A stretch of DNA of 64,000 bases from Ascidiella aspersa (GCA_963924565.1 OZ004609.1:5022001-5086000), one strand, 5' to 3'; positions 35,190 through 49,383 are shown, counted from the first letter of the stretch. The notes: generated from the letters alone by a model not told the origin. Made by a program: numbers and translations.

Positions 35190-37867
35190 GTGCTTCATGT
35201 AACCGAAAAATGCCACATCTCCTTAAAACAACATGTAATTGTGTTCGTTCAAGTCGGCCAAATGGATCTAGATTAATGAAATATGATAAGCATTTACATT
35301 TTATGGCAGTATTTCTGTACCCCAGCTCTTTCAAAGTACAGAATTGAGAAGCTGCAAATTAACAGACTGTCACTTTTCGCATCAAAGTTATGCAAAAATG
35401 AGAGTTTGTTATGCTGCTCAACTTCTTTCAGGATCTGTTGCCAAATTAATGGCCAACCGTGGTGGCGAGGAGATGACAAGAAGTGCATGGTTTGCTGACC
35501 TACCTGATGAATAGATGGTTTGATTTAATGAACACCCGAACAGATTTTGGATATAATTCTGACTTAATTCCAACCTTACAGGTCAGAAGATGCCGCTTAG
35601 TCTGGTTAAGCACAACCTTCCTCGAAGAACTACTGGAAATGTAGTTTAAAAGGTTCGTTGGCAGAGCAAGCAAAGCAATTTTTAAGCCCCCAAACTTATA
35701 AGGGCTTGTTAATAACTACAAAAGCAATTACAGAATTGGTCAAATTTATTCCTAATAAGAGCCCGGAAAATGTTTATGTAGTTTACAAAGAGATTAAATC
35801 AGGATCCATTGGAGTAATATTTTGGCCACATGAGACAAATAGGGCGCAGGAATGAAATGCCTGATATTAATCAGTACTCACAATTTGAAAATGTCATTGT
35901 CTGCCAAAAAAATATAAAGTCTCTCAAAGGGTCAATGTAAAAACATAAATTGGATTGGAAGAATGCTAGTATCTGATGAACAGCTACCAAAGCGCCAAAG
36001 AAACCTGACATAAAGCCTAAACGGCCCTTCACAAGGGCACAAAACACATACAGAAGTTACATTTTGTAAACGATTTACATGACTTGCATGTAAAACTTAT
36101 TCCAAAATGCTATCTACTTTTGTATTCATTTTGATATTTAAAACTATGAATGGTTAACTTCACAAATGAACACTATTTCATTTTTTTACGCAAACTAACA
36201 TTTTGGTCAAAGTTCACATTCATATTCGAAGTTATATTTTTTGCCTTTTGATGACAGCGAATTTTAAGAAAAAACTGAATAACTTTAAGCAACAATACCT
36301 GTGTAAGCAACTATCATAAATATACAAATTCATTAAAAATATGCTGTACATAAACAAAATCGATAGATTCCAAAACAGTTTTTCTAGTATTTTCAACAGA
36401 ATAATATTTCTAAAGTTTCTTTCCAAATATATAATGAACTTAGTTACAGATTTTACTGGCGTTGTAAGAGAGCCATAGTTGTGTTTTTAACACAGTTTAA
36501 TGAAGTACCTTATTTCTACATTAGCAGCGTCTGATAAGTTTGTTTAAAATGTATCCAGCCATGTTCAATTATACTCTCTTCGTCTTTGTTAAGAGCGTGT
36601 CATTAAGATTATGTTTAATTGAACAGTTTTTTTTTTTTAAATGAAACTATTTTTCTTACTGTCCCTAATGCTTGAATTCGCGGTAAGGAAAACAATGATG
36701 GGGATAATAGTTATATTCCATCAATAGAAAATTTACGAAATAAAATATCTCCAGATGGTTTTTGCAAAAAAAGCTTTAAAAAGTATTCTTCCAGTGCGTT
36801 GGAGTTTTAAACTTTCATCGTTTGAGCAGGATTGAACATTTTCTGTAAAAATAAGTTATGTAATATTAGTTAAGTAGTCTGTTATTGTAATATCATGCTT
36901 TTCTTTTTGATGCCAGATAACTTCGTCATCATTTTCCAAAATTTGATCACACTTTTGTTGGCATCTGTACATCAGTGAAACATTTAGTTATTAACTGGCT
37001 AATTAGTTTCTAGTTAAAAGTTACACGGATGCAATTTACTAAACAGTGCATACAAAATTAGGTTCATTACAAATTCCAGTTCCTACTTTTTTTGTTCATC
37101 ACCAAAAATAACTTCAATAGATAAATTATAATTCATTTTGCTAAAACTTGGTTAATTAATTTTATTAGGATCTATTATAGTAAAATTTTGCTGTTACTTG
37201 TTGACCCTTCTACTTAAAAAAATACTTCAGTAATAACTATTTTTTACATTGTTAATAGAGATATTTCGCTTCTACCGATATATCGGTATCCGTAAATGTA
37301 GACGCATATGATATAATCATTCCTGTATAACAACAAACTACTTACCCATTCTTTGTTAAAAAATCAATCTCTTATTCTTAACCTGCTATACAAATAAATA
37401 AACCAGTACATCTCTGGCTTGTGTGTAAACACAACTTCAAAAAATAAATTAAAAAAGGGCCTGTAGTGTTAATAATATTTGGGTTAGGGTAGACCAGAGT
37501 ACAAAAAAGTATTAAGAACAAGTTTCATTTTTCGAGAATAATGGAATACGTAAAAGTTTTGGGTTGCAGAGCACTGGCCTAAAGGAACTAAAAAACGTCA
37601 AGCTTTACAAATTTCATTTAGGTGCGAGATCAGCTAAACTAAACTTTTAAGCTCTGATGCTAGAGTCTTCTGCAGCAGCAAAGCACACTATACAATGTTT
37701 GCGTGCCTCAGCTTACGACAGACTACACCTAATTATTTCTGCGTTATTGCACCAAAATTTTGGCTAACTAACGTATCAGTCAAACGATAGTTGTGCTTGT
37801 TTTACTATTATGCACCAGAGCGGAACGCGCTACGTTAGAGTTTGTCCTCATGGTTATAATCTCTTTG
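35190..37867 (+). mobile_element. P-element/THAP9-type transposon remnant (transposase ~35190-36010 on +, convergent ORF relic ~36460-36620 on -)
   Basis: PHLLKTTCNCVRSS..GSRLM; QFLSPQTYKGLLITTKAI; RLNQDPLE*YFGHMRQIGRRNEMPD. Minus strand LNKDEESIIE..AGYILNKLIRR. Candidate terminus CAAAGAGATTATAACC (reverse complement ending 37867). Confidence 0.72.
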
Positions 37868-40800
37868 GTTGTTCCGAAGTTCTGTCAAGCTAAGTGAGTA
37901 TGTTTATTATAACGCTTTTATATTGCATGAAATAAATCGGATTTTACCCCCTTGTATACGAGTTTAATTTTATTCTAAAGCCTAACACCTCATTTTTGGC
38001 GACGCCCTAGTGTGATTTAAACACGCATAAAACCTTCAACCTAACTAACTAACTAATTTAAGTCTACGCCTTGCTTGATTTGCATGTTGCATGTTTTTGT
38101 TGTTGCATGATTAGCTTTACGAGTAATGAGCACTTACTGATAAGTTTCGAAGTTCTAAAAGCAGTGCTAAATCTTCCGATATGATGGCTAATCTGGGACA
38201 AATCGCATGCATTAACAGGCTCTTTTCTCAATCCTAATGACTTTCCCCTAATCTATCTACTCAACATACCAAGTAAAGTATTTCGGCTGTTGCACTCGAT
38301 TTACTCGCAATCAGGTTGTCAGCTACCACGTTTAACCCTTTCGAGATAACAAGTTGCACGTCATCGCAGGGTACGGTTAGTTCAACTTTTACGAACATGA
38401 CCTCTAATTTAACACAACAGACACGTTTGGTCAAATTAAATACACCAAAATATTATCAATAAACAACCCCTGTATAGGATACGGTAGCTGGCCAATCCAA
38501 ACTCACACCTAACGTTCAGCCGAGTTTTCAATCAACTCCAAATCAAATTCAAACTAATTTAGGTTCCACGGCGCATGCCTTGCGCAAAGTAGCCTTACCT
38601 GATTTTTGCGCAATCGAAGCAATCTTCGAAAATCATTTAATTTTTGGTGAACATGAACGTTTCAACCTAACAATTTCGGCCTTTCACCTTCCGTTTCTCT
38701 CAAAATAGCTCTTTTAAAACAATATCAAGACAATGTGACATTCGTCGTCTTGACAAACTTTTACACGAGACACAACTTGGAAGTTGCCGCCCTTCCGAAC
38801 TAATGAACAAAATGAAGCAGTTACTAATTTTAATGGTGGTGAACAAAATTCAACAACAGAAAAGGTTTCAAAAAAACTTTTTCTTGAGCGAATGCCAGAA
38901 AACTTTCGTTTGGTTCTCGCTGCTGATTACGAGGGATCTTGATACGCCTTAGCAGATAAAGCTGACAAAATCATGATGATCGGAAATCCTAATGGTTTTG
39001 GCACCTAACTCAAACAAAAACCGACACATCAGGTTTGGTTAATTCTCAAACCTTAATAAACAACAAAACAATTTCTCTAATCAAAGGCGAGAAGGTTACA
39101 ACAACCGCTCGTATCATAATCCTAATTCTTACCGAAGAGGCAACCTTGGCATTCTCGACCGCCTTTTCGAAATCGAAATGAAAGATCTTGGGATTACAAA
39201 AATGACCCACCTAAGCGCTATAACCTCTCATCAGACATAACGGCGCAAGTTCAACGCGTTTTGAACAACCGAACTACCGGCACTTTTCAAAAAACGAGCC
39301 AAGTCAAATATTAACAATCGTTCACCGTTTTCGACTGCTCAAATCAACTATCTTTTCTCGTGGATTCGGGAAGTGTTTTAAAAGCTTAATTCCCAAATCT
39401 ATGGTAACTGAATTTCGCCGTTCTAAGGCAGTTAATAAATGCGCGATCGGCAACAATTTTAAATCTTATGGTGAAGTTGTTCTAAATCTAAATTTGGATG
39501 TTGGTTCTTTCAAATGGAAATTTTTAGTTTGTGATGGATGTTCACGAATGCATTTTAGGTGCAGACTTTTTAGGCCGCCACAATCTTTTAGTCTCTAATT
39601 CCAGTGCAAACGCGACACGTGTGTTATCTTCCGCCGTTACTAACACGTCACAGCCGTCGCAAGAGTATTTGCAAATCTGTCAAACAGAGAAGATGATCTG
39701 TAAGCCGCACAGATGTTCATTGTTCCGCCTTTCCTGACACGTCGCCTGAAAAGCCGCTGACAAAACGAGGCAAACGTATTAGCATAGCAAATCTGCTAAA
39801 CAGAAGAAATCTGTAAAACGCACACAGCAGTTGTGTTAATCTTTCCGGCAGCCAGTCGCGGAAATGCTCCTCCATTCAGCCTAAAAATGCACGGCATTCG
39901 TGACATGCCTGTTTTACTTATTAAACATTGCCAGCTTGTCAATTCATTCTTTGATAGGCAGAAGTGCCCGCTTGATTACAAATATATCGCGCCTCGTTGC
40001 GATTATTCTTTCTGCCCCAGCGCCAATCGCAAAACAATTCAGTGATTGTTGCGTTACTTTAAAAACGGCCGCTGTTTCCTTATCTGCGCCAAACGAACCG
40101 GACGTGCCTCTCAATCAATTCGAGAAACTCCTCGATAATTTTCCAACGCTAACCCAACCGATATCAGTTAATCGGCCGGTTAAGCATGATGTCACACATG
40201 TGATTGAAACAAAAAGGGTTTACCAGTTTCTTGTCGCCCGCGTCGCCTCGCGCCCGAACTGTTAGAAGTCGTAAAAAAACAGTTTGGCGATTTACTTGAA
40301 AAGGGAATTGTTGAGCCAAGCAATTCGCCTTGGGCTGCTTCACCGCTTCACTTGGTAAAAAAGAAGGATAGTTCTTACAGATGCGTTGGCGATTATCGTC
40401 CTTAATTTAGCCACTGTAAAATATTCTTACCCAAAATGCCTTTCTTGCGTGACTTTGCTTACAATCATCGATTTGCTATCTGCGTACACCATCATGCAGA
40501 ATACCGTAGGATGAATTTTGATTTATGTAACGCTTCTCAAACGTTCCAAAGATTCATCAATAATTACGCGGATATGAAAGCTTTTGTTTTGCTTATGACG
40601 ATGATTTACTCGTAGCTAGTGCTGACGAGGAAGAGAACACAAACGCCATCTTAACTTGATTTTAAAGTAAGATAGGCCATGTCGAGTCGAATCTGTCAGG
40701 AATTTTCCTCGCCCTCGGACTGTTACCCAATTATTACAAACGGTTTCTCCCAAATATATCAGAGTCGCTGCGGGACCTAAACGGCATGATTTAAGCATAA

Positions 40801-42780
40801 TGCGAGATTTTCTCTCATTTGCGATGCCAGCCAATTTGCAGTTGGTTGGTTCTGCTTTGAATCAATTTGATAATGGGGAGTGGAAACCCATAGGTTTCTT
40901 TTCAAAAGCTCTAACCGCACCTCAAAAGGAAATTTTTGAATTTTGATCGCGAACTTCTCGCAATTTATTTGTCTCTTAAACATTTTAAGGACATACATAC
41001 TTCAAGGTCGATCCTTCCGCTCAAACAGCGAAAATTTCACTCCTCGCCAAACGCGTTACATGGATTTCATTGCGCAGCACACCAACAATGTTGAATTTAC
41101 GAGTGGTTTTCTGAACACCGCCAGTGATGCTCTTTCGCGCATTGAAATTAACGCTGTCTCTTTAGCTGACGAGCTACTTCCTTTAACGGAAATTGCAGAC
41201 AAACAAAAAGGCGAAATGTTTCTTAACACTATTGCGGATGATTATGCTTCTTTGCGCCTACAAACAGATTTACTTCCAGGGGAGCAACGTGTGTTTGATA
41301 CCTTTCACTCGTTGTCACACCCTGGTAATAGCGACGCAGCGTCTTATCGGCGATCGTTTTGTGTGGCACGGTATGAAAGCAGACATTCAAAGATGGTGTC
41401 AAACTTGCATTGCATGTCAACGTTGCAAGCAAGGTCATTCGGCACAATAAGGCTCCTTTCCGAAACGTTGGTAGAAAGTAATATATATTGCCAGAGGAAC
41501 CTGTTTTAAATATACTATGCCTGGTAGCAACAGCATATTTAAGGCTCCTTTAGCTAAATTTGTCGAACCTTCTTCTCGCTTTAGCGATTGTCACCTGGAC
41601 ATCGTTGGTTTTCAAACGGATATTCTTATCTTCTTTTAACATGCACTGATTGATGTGGATACACGCGTTGGCTAGAAGCCATACCTTTGCGTGACATTTT
41701 AGCGTCTACTTGCACCGACGCATTTTTGCTTCACTGGATTGCACGTTTCGGCTGTCCAACACGCTTAACTACCCCGATCGCGGCACGCAGTTTTGCTCAG
41801 CGAGCTCTGTTTGCAAACTTTTGCAACAATTTAGGCATTAAATTGCAGACTACAACCGCTTACCACCCAGCCTCAAACGGAGCGATCGAAATAATGTAAA
41901 CACTCAAATCCGCTCTGAAGGTTTATGACGATCCACTAAACTGGCATTCAAACTTAGGTTTAGTTCTTTTAGGCGGCCTACGTTCTGTTTACAAACCGGA
42001 TATTGATTGTGTTGTTCTGCTGAGTTACTTTATGGATCAACCCTTCGTTTGCCAGGCGAATTTTTCGAAACTTACGTTCCGAATGTGCCTCAACATATTC
42101 GCACAACTGACAAGATTTATATGTCGCTTCAATCTTTTATTCCTCGTAGAGAACAAAAAGATACCAAGGTGTATGTATATCTCTTGACCCTTCGCTGTCG
42201 TGTCCTGCGCTCATGCTTTTGTCAGGGTGAAATGCTCTAACAAAAGGCAGTTTATCCTCGTTTTGACGGTCCTTATAAGAGATCTTAAATAAGCATCCAA
42301 AATATTTCACTCTTGCTATGCGCGGACGCAGTAACAACGTCTCCATAGATAGGATTAAGAAATTTTATGACCTTACCGGAAGACGTTGACAGTAACAGAT
42401 CTACTCTTTCAACAGACGTTGCCAACTCGCCAACTGCTTTCGAGTCGGAGGATTTGAACGTCGAAGAACCGTTACGTTACACTCGTCGCGGACGTCAGAT
42501 ACACCTGCCTTCCAGGTTTCGTGACTAATTGAAAAAAAAACAATGTTGTCATTTTTAACACTTTTCCTATGCCTTTGACTCATTCATTCAAGTTGTGTCA
42601 CGAATCGTTAAGGGTGAATATTTTATTCCTCAGCCTGATGTGTTCGAAGCTCCACCCCTAAAGTCAAACTATGTCAAGCAGCCATTTACAAATCCATCAA
42701 GCGACTTTTTGAAATTAAATGTGCACACTTGCCAAATTTTTGAGTCGTCCTATATACTTCTCTCACTTTTTTTTTTTGGA
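37868..42780 (+). mobile_element. Decayed Ty3/Gypsy LTR retrotransposon (partial 5' LTR, PBS, gag-PR-RT-RH-IN; no 3' LTR seen)
   Basis: LTR end CCTCA at 37992 then TTTTTGGCGACG; gag LG..RPSELMNKM, LFLERMP, LADKADKIM; FLVDSGS (~39354); GIVEPSNSPWAASPLHLVKKKDSSYRCVGDYR (~40304); HSLSHPG..FVWHGMKADIQRWCQTCIACQRCK; TRWLEAIPL..WIARFGCP..TTAYHPASNGAIE; TRRGRQIHLPSRFRD* at 42528. Confidence 0.92.
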
Positions 42781-43239
42781 GCTAAAGTCCATGACAGAAG
42801 CACAGTTTCTGCTCCACCTCCTTCAGGCGGTGGACCGGCTTGCGCAAACAACTGATAACACCTGGTCAACTTCTCGAAAGTTAACAATTAATTACAAATG
42901 GCCAAGGTGCAGTTTACACCACTGTTTTAACAAAACCCCTTATAACATAACATACGACGCTGGTATGTATATATGATTCAAACATTATTATGTAGATCTA
43001 TTTATTTTATCATTAGTATCTGGATATTCAAATTCCATAGTACCTGAACCCGAGTGATGCAAAGAAGTTACAGTAGCTGACAGGTTTAATTTAGCGGTAT
43101 AAACAAAACTACATGAACTGATAAACATCTAACATTCTTTAACAAGCTGGAAGACAACATGTTCCATGATCAAGATAGAGAGAGAGAAAAGCACTTGCTA
43201 TGCTTATTGACGAACCAGGAGAAACAATCGCGTCACTGC

Positions 43240-43740
43240 TAACCAGGGCCTAACAACCTGCAAGCTCCTGACAAACAACACGCATGGTGGCACATGGTAT
43301 ATCCAACAGGAGTGACAAAAGTCGATTGAGACGGCTAAGAAATGGGGGAAGGACCTTATAAAACCACTGCCCGCAAATAGTCATCATACTTGGGAAACTG
43401 TCGAAAGTAATCTCAACAAAGTTGTCGCCTCCGCCTTCCCTTTTTAGCCCGTGCCCCCACCTAGCTTGGAAAAGGTCTCCAGCCCGAGCTGCACTAATTA
43501 GGAGGGAGACCCGCTGGCACAATGCGCAACCGCTTATTTAACAGGAGTCGGGGCATACCACCTCGTGGAAGATGTCCGAAGTTTTCCGGTCGAAATCCTC
43601 TTGGCTCACAAAAGGCACTGCCCGGATATCTAGCACCCCAAAAGAAGAAGATTAAAATGATTGTGATTGAGAAGCATTCAATGAGTGGAGCTGTTATAAC
43701 GACGGGGCAATAAATACGGGCCCCTACCTCCTCCACCATT
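43240..43740 (+). mobile_element. Second Vingi/Ingi-like LINE relic, collapsed by deletions
   Basis: Colinear fragments QGLT-CKLL-PDK, KSRLRRLRNG, WETVESNLNK, VASAF, ALIRR. Confidence 0.55.
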
Positions 43741-43808
43741 GCATTGAACTTCACAATTATGACACTAGATAGATATCATTTCATCCTCTGGTATAAGTGG
43801 TTGGTTGT

Positions 43809-44227
43809 GCAGCAGAGTGGGACGTTGTGATTTCAAACCAATTTAAAATCCCAGCTTTCCACAACTGTCAAACAACATTAACCTAAAGCTCCGATCAGCA
43901 TTACGCGGTACAGAGCCAAAATCTATTACAAGCTCCCCTAACAAGCCTACGTTTTTCTTCAAATAAATAAAAATGCAATAAATGGTCATGCTTTTAAGAC
44001 TTTTTTCAACAAAACAAAAAAGCGTAAATTGATTGCGCAGCAGAGTGGGACGTTGTGATTTCAAACCAATTTAAAATCCCAGCTTTCCACAACTGTCAAA
44101 CAACATTAACCTAAAGCTCCGATCAGCATTACGCGGTACAGAGCCAAAATCTATTATTACAAGCTCCCCTAACAAGCCTACGTTTTTCTTCAAATAAATA
44201 AAAATGCAATAAATGGTCGTAAATTGA
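43809..44227. repeat. Tandem duplication, 228-bp period; second copy has indels
   Basis: GCAGCAGAGTGGGACGTTGTG... at 43809 and 44037. Confidence 0.92.
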
Positions 44228-44409
44228 AAAGGAGCGATTAAATTACTACTAAAAAACATATGCATATTTTTTATAAAGACATTACAAACTAAATATGATT
44301 AAGTGGTATTTTATTATATGAACCATTAGATTTAGGGGTTCCCAAGTACTGCTTCATTTCTGACAATATAACAAAATTAACCACTATTATTCAAGTCAGT
44401 AAAAGAATT

Positions 44410-44590
44410 ATTATATAACACAGATACCGTTTAAGTGAGAAAAATCTCCAGAACTGCCTTCTTCCTGCACGCAATTAGTTTGCAATCAGCACCCAGCAAA
44501 CTCCACTCGCTTAATCGTGATGGTAGGTAAAAATCTGCTGCAGATTTTGTTAACCCGAGGTAACACTCTCTTTTGAATAAAACAGGAGGT
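44410..44590 (-). pseudogene. Possible Chapaev3-type transposase fragment
   Basis: Minus strand LGLTKSAADFYLPSRLSEWSLL resembles the DLxLxKxxAELLxSRLxEWNLL motif. Very short. Confidence 0.4.
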
Positions 44591-46339
44591 ACACCAAACT
44601 TGTTTCAGAAATTATTGACTTGAGACATAGGTTAACACCATGTTGTCGTCTTTCTGCGCATATTGTGATAATTCCAGATTAAATGTGACTCGCATTTTTC
44701 TGATTTTACAAAGCCAAATAAGGAGTTTGACTGCTAATCAAAAGACTCATTTGGGACAGCAAAATGGAATTGTTGGATGTGTACACAAATTAGAATGTTT
44801 GTTAAAATCCCCAAGTTGGTAAATCTAAGCTCTGACTTGACAAAGGGAAATAAAAATGGATTTTGTTATAAGTAAAATTGTAAGAAAGCCAATTATTGTC
44901 AAGTGGGGTAAAAAGTTAAGAAGACATAGTCTAACCAGCAAGCCCTCAACCCTCTTAATTTTTATGCAAGACCTTCAGAAACTTTTGTACAGATCTGATA
45001 GCAGCAGGTTTATGACAATAGCCTTTGTTGTGTGTTGTGTCATAACAATGGTCTATTAAACAAAAAGAACTTTATTTTGCTACCTGTTTTACTTTTTCAG
45101 ATATTTAGTTGTTTTTTTTTACCCCAACATTTTGATTAGTTGATTACACAGATTTAGAAAATAAGTACCCAAATGCTACAGTGGATATGCTGGAAGTCTT
45201 ACAACAAAAGGTGTTTATGCAACGGCGAAAAAGTTCTATCTTTCTATTTCTATGCTGCGCAAGTTATTATGGACTTGCATTGTTTCGCAGGGCCGTACCA
45301 CTGCTTTGTCAGAAGAAATAGAGTTGTTTATTGCCAAGTGCCTCAGAAAAATGGCTGAGATGGGATTTGGACCAACTCTTTTTGAAATGCTTGATGAAGT
45401 GTTTAATCGTAAACATGTTTAAATTCGTCAATTGTGCTTATGTAATTTAAACACCAAAACTAAAATTAAACACGAAGGTGTTTAAATTTTAAACGTGTAT
45501 AGACCGTTTTGGTGTTCAAATTTAATAACCACAGAAAAAAGTGCTGACATAATTAAAAAGTTATCCATGACGCTCTGATAGTGATGTTGATTTTCAATGT
45601 CAGTTGGATATTGAGGATGGACAAAATTCAGCAGACCAGGAAACGACCAGCACTGTTCCGAGTACGGTCGAAAATGGAGCATTTGTGGTCGCACGAGTAT
45701 ACTCATCTCAAGAAGAATTTATAGCTGGACCTGATTTTGACAATGACTACGAGGTAAAGTTTCCTAAAAGGTCAGAAAAGGTTAAAGTGGCTTTGTGTAT
45801 CGTAAACATGAAGAGACTTAGTGTGCTGCCTGCCACCTTCACCTGTAGCCCAGACCAAGCGCTTCTCTGGTATCCTGAAATTTTATGTCGATTTATCGCA
45901 TTACAATATTGCTTAATTTTCGTGATCTTTCGTAACACATAGCAAACACCAATTTAGTTTTAAATATGGCTGTCACTGTTGAGCTGTGTCTACCCATTGG
46001 GCGTAATCAGAAGGCCATCCCAAATTTCGAACTTACATATTCAGAACATTACGACATGTGGCCTAAAATTGCCTGGCTACGCCAGTGCTGCCTCTACTGT
46101 AAACGTTTTAATTCTTGATCGCTTGACCCTTGCAGCAATTGTCTCAATATGGTGGGTGCATTGGTCCACAATATAATCAATTAAAGAACAATCAAGCCGG
46201 ATTTGCTTTACTTAACGTTTGTATGCTGTACTTATTGTATAAATTTAAAAAATTTTCGTTCTAAGAATAAAAAGATAGAACAAAAAATGTGGTAAGGGGT
46301 GCATTGGTCCCACTTCTCTCCCCTATCAATTCGACCGGA

Positions 46340-48905
46340 CGGACCTGCAAATTGAAAATTTGTGGTTTGAAGTTACTAACAGCCAAACGAAAAAAATTGT
46401 ACTGCGCACCGTATACAGGCATCCATCAAGTAATATTGACAAATTTGAAGAACAACTGCTAATAAAACTGACTATTTTAATATTAATTTATTGAATCATA
46501 GCATCATTGCATACATTACCAAAATAACCACAGGCACAAACAAGGCCACCAGGGGCGGCATTATGAACAGTTCCTCGCTCGCTAAGTTAACGAGCTCGTT
46601 TTAGCGAGGGATGAGCGAGCGAGAAACTCGCAAACGCATTTGGTATTACGAACGGTCCTCGCTATAACGAGACGCACGCGCGAGAGAATGCGTCAAAACA
46701 CAAGAAAAAGGACGACTGGCTCAGCAAAATAGTCGCAGAAACGTCGTTTGGCGCTTTGTTTTGGAAATATTTAGCTGTTTTTGAATGTTAAATTTATTAT
46801 GAAACAATTTTCAAGATGAACCCCGTGAATTTCATTCCTAATTACTCCTGTAGATCATAGAAAAGGGTTCACAAGGCACAATATTTGAGTATTAAACAAT
46901 GAATATAAAAATACTTGACACACGCTAACTCACACCTTAACCCAAATATTGTTGATTTAATAATTGTGGAAGGATTTTAAACCAGCGCCCAACGTTTATA
47001 TATACGTCTAAAAATGTAAAATAATTATTTTAAAACTTTTTATTCATGTGTATTTATATTTAGTTAGCTAGATTCTGTAAACATGTTGACAATAAATCTC
47101 CAGGGTGCAACAACTATAGCAGTAACACTGGAATTTTTAAACTGCAGTCAACATGCTGCTGGTGCTATACCTACACCCGTATGACTTTCACCAAGAAATT
47201 GTGCATGAGGCTCCGTATAAAGTTAAAGACATTCATATTCACTTAAAAGTGTTGAAAACCATTACTACTTTACCGAGAAAATATTAAAACTTAGGGAACA
47301 CTGAAAAACGCAGTCTAATTTTGGCATTTCTCAACCACCAATAAGTCTTGTAGCAGAACCACCGAAAACATTGTATATAGATCACAGTAAAACACAAATT
47401 AGTCTTGAATCATCTTACTTTCAAAGAGCAAGACAATGGAATAGTTGCTGTGCAGTTTGTGCAATAAATTTCAACTATTTATATTTGAAAACATAATTAA
47501 TAATTGTCTTGCCTCAATATTTTGCTGTGTGAATTTTTTTAGCTTAACTTATTTCTTTCTTAAAGTTAATTATATTCACTTATACACCATGTTTTTGTGA
47601 CTCAAAAATACTTTGTAAGCTTACCAAATACAACAGCATATTTTTAAAACAATAGTGGATTTTGTTTGTATTTCTGTATGCACTTCTGGCCCTAAGGTTT
47701 TTTAGGATGATTTAATACAAAACTAATCATCATAATAAATAAATCATGAAAGATGCTGGACCACTGGAACACCATGGTATACCTCTGGATGTTCATATTT
47801 TTGGATTAGTCCATTATTACTGAATATATTTGTTTATCAAACTGACTCAAGAGCACCAATAAAATGAGCTGCTTTTGTAAATCCTTTAGTTGGATTAAGA
47901 AATAAAACGTTTAAAGTAGTTGGTTTAAAAGTGTTTTTAGCATAGACGCCGATTTTTTGACAGTGAAAATATATGACGTCACAAAATGTCCACTAAAAAT
48001 ATAAGTTTACATGCAGAGTAGTGAAAGAGTTAAAATGTATTTTAAGGTAAATAAAATTGACTAACTGCCGGAATATGTGTAAAATAAGTAGTAGTACCTC
48101 AAGTCGTAGGCATTATAAAAATATAAAGAAATTTGCATACCGATTGATAATTTTTTTAACTTTTTACGAGGAATGCTCTTGGCACCGTACGCACCCCAAA
48201 CTCGGCCTTCATGGTGGTGGTGTGCAGGTAGGAGGATATCGCCTAAATCCAAATTTCACGCCATTTTGACAAATTAATTATGAAACTTTGTTATATCATC
48301 CAATTACGTGTCGGCATTATTATACGTTTATTAATAAAAAAAATGATTTTGTTAACAGCAGTTTAGGCTTTACCGAGTGGTCTGAGCCGCTCGTTAGTTA
48401 GCGAGGAGTTTAGCCAGATTTTGGTAACGAGAAGTGGGTTCGTAATACCAAAAGTCGACTTAGCGAGGTGTGTTCATCATAATGCCGCCCCAGGTTCGAG
48501 CAGCATTACTCCAGGAATTATAGAACATAACATTTCGGATCACCGTACCTATATATCTTCACATTTTAAGAGACACCACACATTTCAATAAGGATTTTCT
48601 TGAAGATCTAGAAAATAATATATATATTAATTGCCACTGAACAGGTCTTCTGACTGTAAATTTAATAAATTTATCAACTCATTCATTACAATTTTCAACA
48701 AACACGCACCAATAAGATCAATGACCCGTAGAGAAACAAAGTTGGCAACTAAACCATGGATAACTAAGGGAATTTTAAAATCCATTAAGGTAAAAAACAA
48801 AATGTTTCGGAGATGTTACAAAACAGAAGATATGCAGAAAAAATTCTATCATACAAAATATATAATAATAAACTGACAAGCCAAACAAATCTATTATCAA
48901 AATCA
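46340..48905 (+). mobile_element. L2/CR1-group LINE ORF2 fragment (AP endonuclease and linker), split by a Harbinger insertion
   Basis: IENLWFEV..TVYRHPSSNIDKF before the insert; PGIIEHNISDH and FNKHAPIR..KPWITKGILKSIKVKNKMF after it. Confidence 0.82.
46553..48490. mobile_element. Non-autonomous Harbinger element with CAG target duplication
   Basis: TIR GGGCGGCATTATGA / TCATAATGCCGCCC, CAG on both flanks (46550-46552, 48491-48493), subterminal CTCGCTAA/TTAGCGAG motifs at both ends. Confidence 0.85.
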
Positions 48906-48947
48906 ATTAAAAGTTCTACCCAAACATGGTGAAGCGTGGAGAGGGGG

Positions 48948-49383
48948 TGTAAGAAGGCTGCTGACCCCGTAGACGAGGGCCGACGGCTGCCTAAGTCTCT
49001 TACAAATTCTTAATCCGACTCCAAAGGAGCAGGCCGCTAGAATACCTGTCCTTAACTTCTTGTACTCTAGGCAAAGACAATCCACTCAGTGATAATTGCT
49101 CTTTGAGTATATTCACAAATCTCAGAAACACAGCGATAAACAGAGCGGTGATTCAAGCCGCTATTAGTAAGACGTATAAGATAGAATGAATGCGAAACGC
49201 GATCAAAGCCCACGATTCGGCGTTAGGTCACGCGTTAGTGAACAACGGTCACGTGTTTCTGCTACACATGGAAAACTATAAAATCCGTACAAAACAATCC
49301 AGTGGCCCTCTTTCGATATATTATCAATGAGTTGCTGTTTTTTTAATACGTCACGTAACTTAGCTTACTTAAATGACTTTACA
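48948..49383 (+). mobile_element. Candidate 3' LTR of an unidentified LTR element
   Basis: Purine tract GGAGAGGGGG abuts TGTAA, TATAAAA at ~49277, ends TTACA. No second copy or TSD. Confidence 0.35.

Noticed and set aside
1488-36010. Calling host genes HARBI1, HMGXB3, CARF, THAP9 or SENP
   Set aside because: All matches are frameshifted fragments in TE context. They represent the transposon families these genes derive from or resemble.
37462-37992. Full 531-bp Gypsy 5' LTR starting at TGTAGTGTT
   Set aside because: Only 9 bp match the solo LTR start, and a P-like terminus lies inside at 37867. Left unresolved.
45604-45942. ORF with a GAFVVA..YEVKF segment
   Set aside because: Resembles C-terminal tails of several DNA transposases but is too short to assign.
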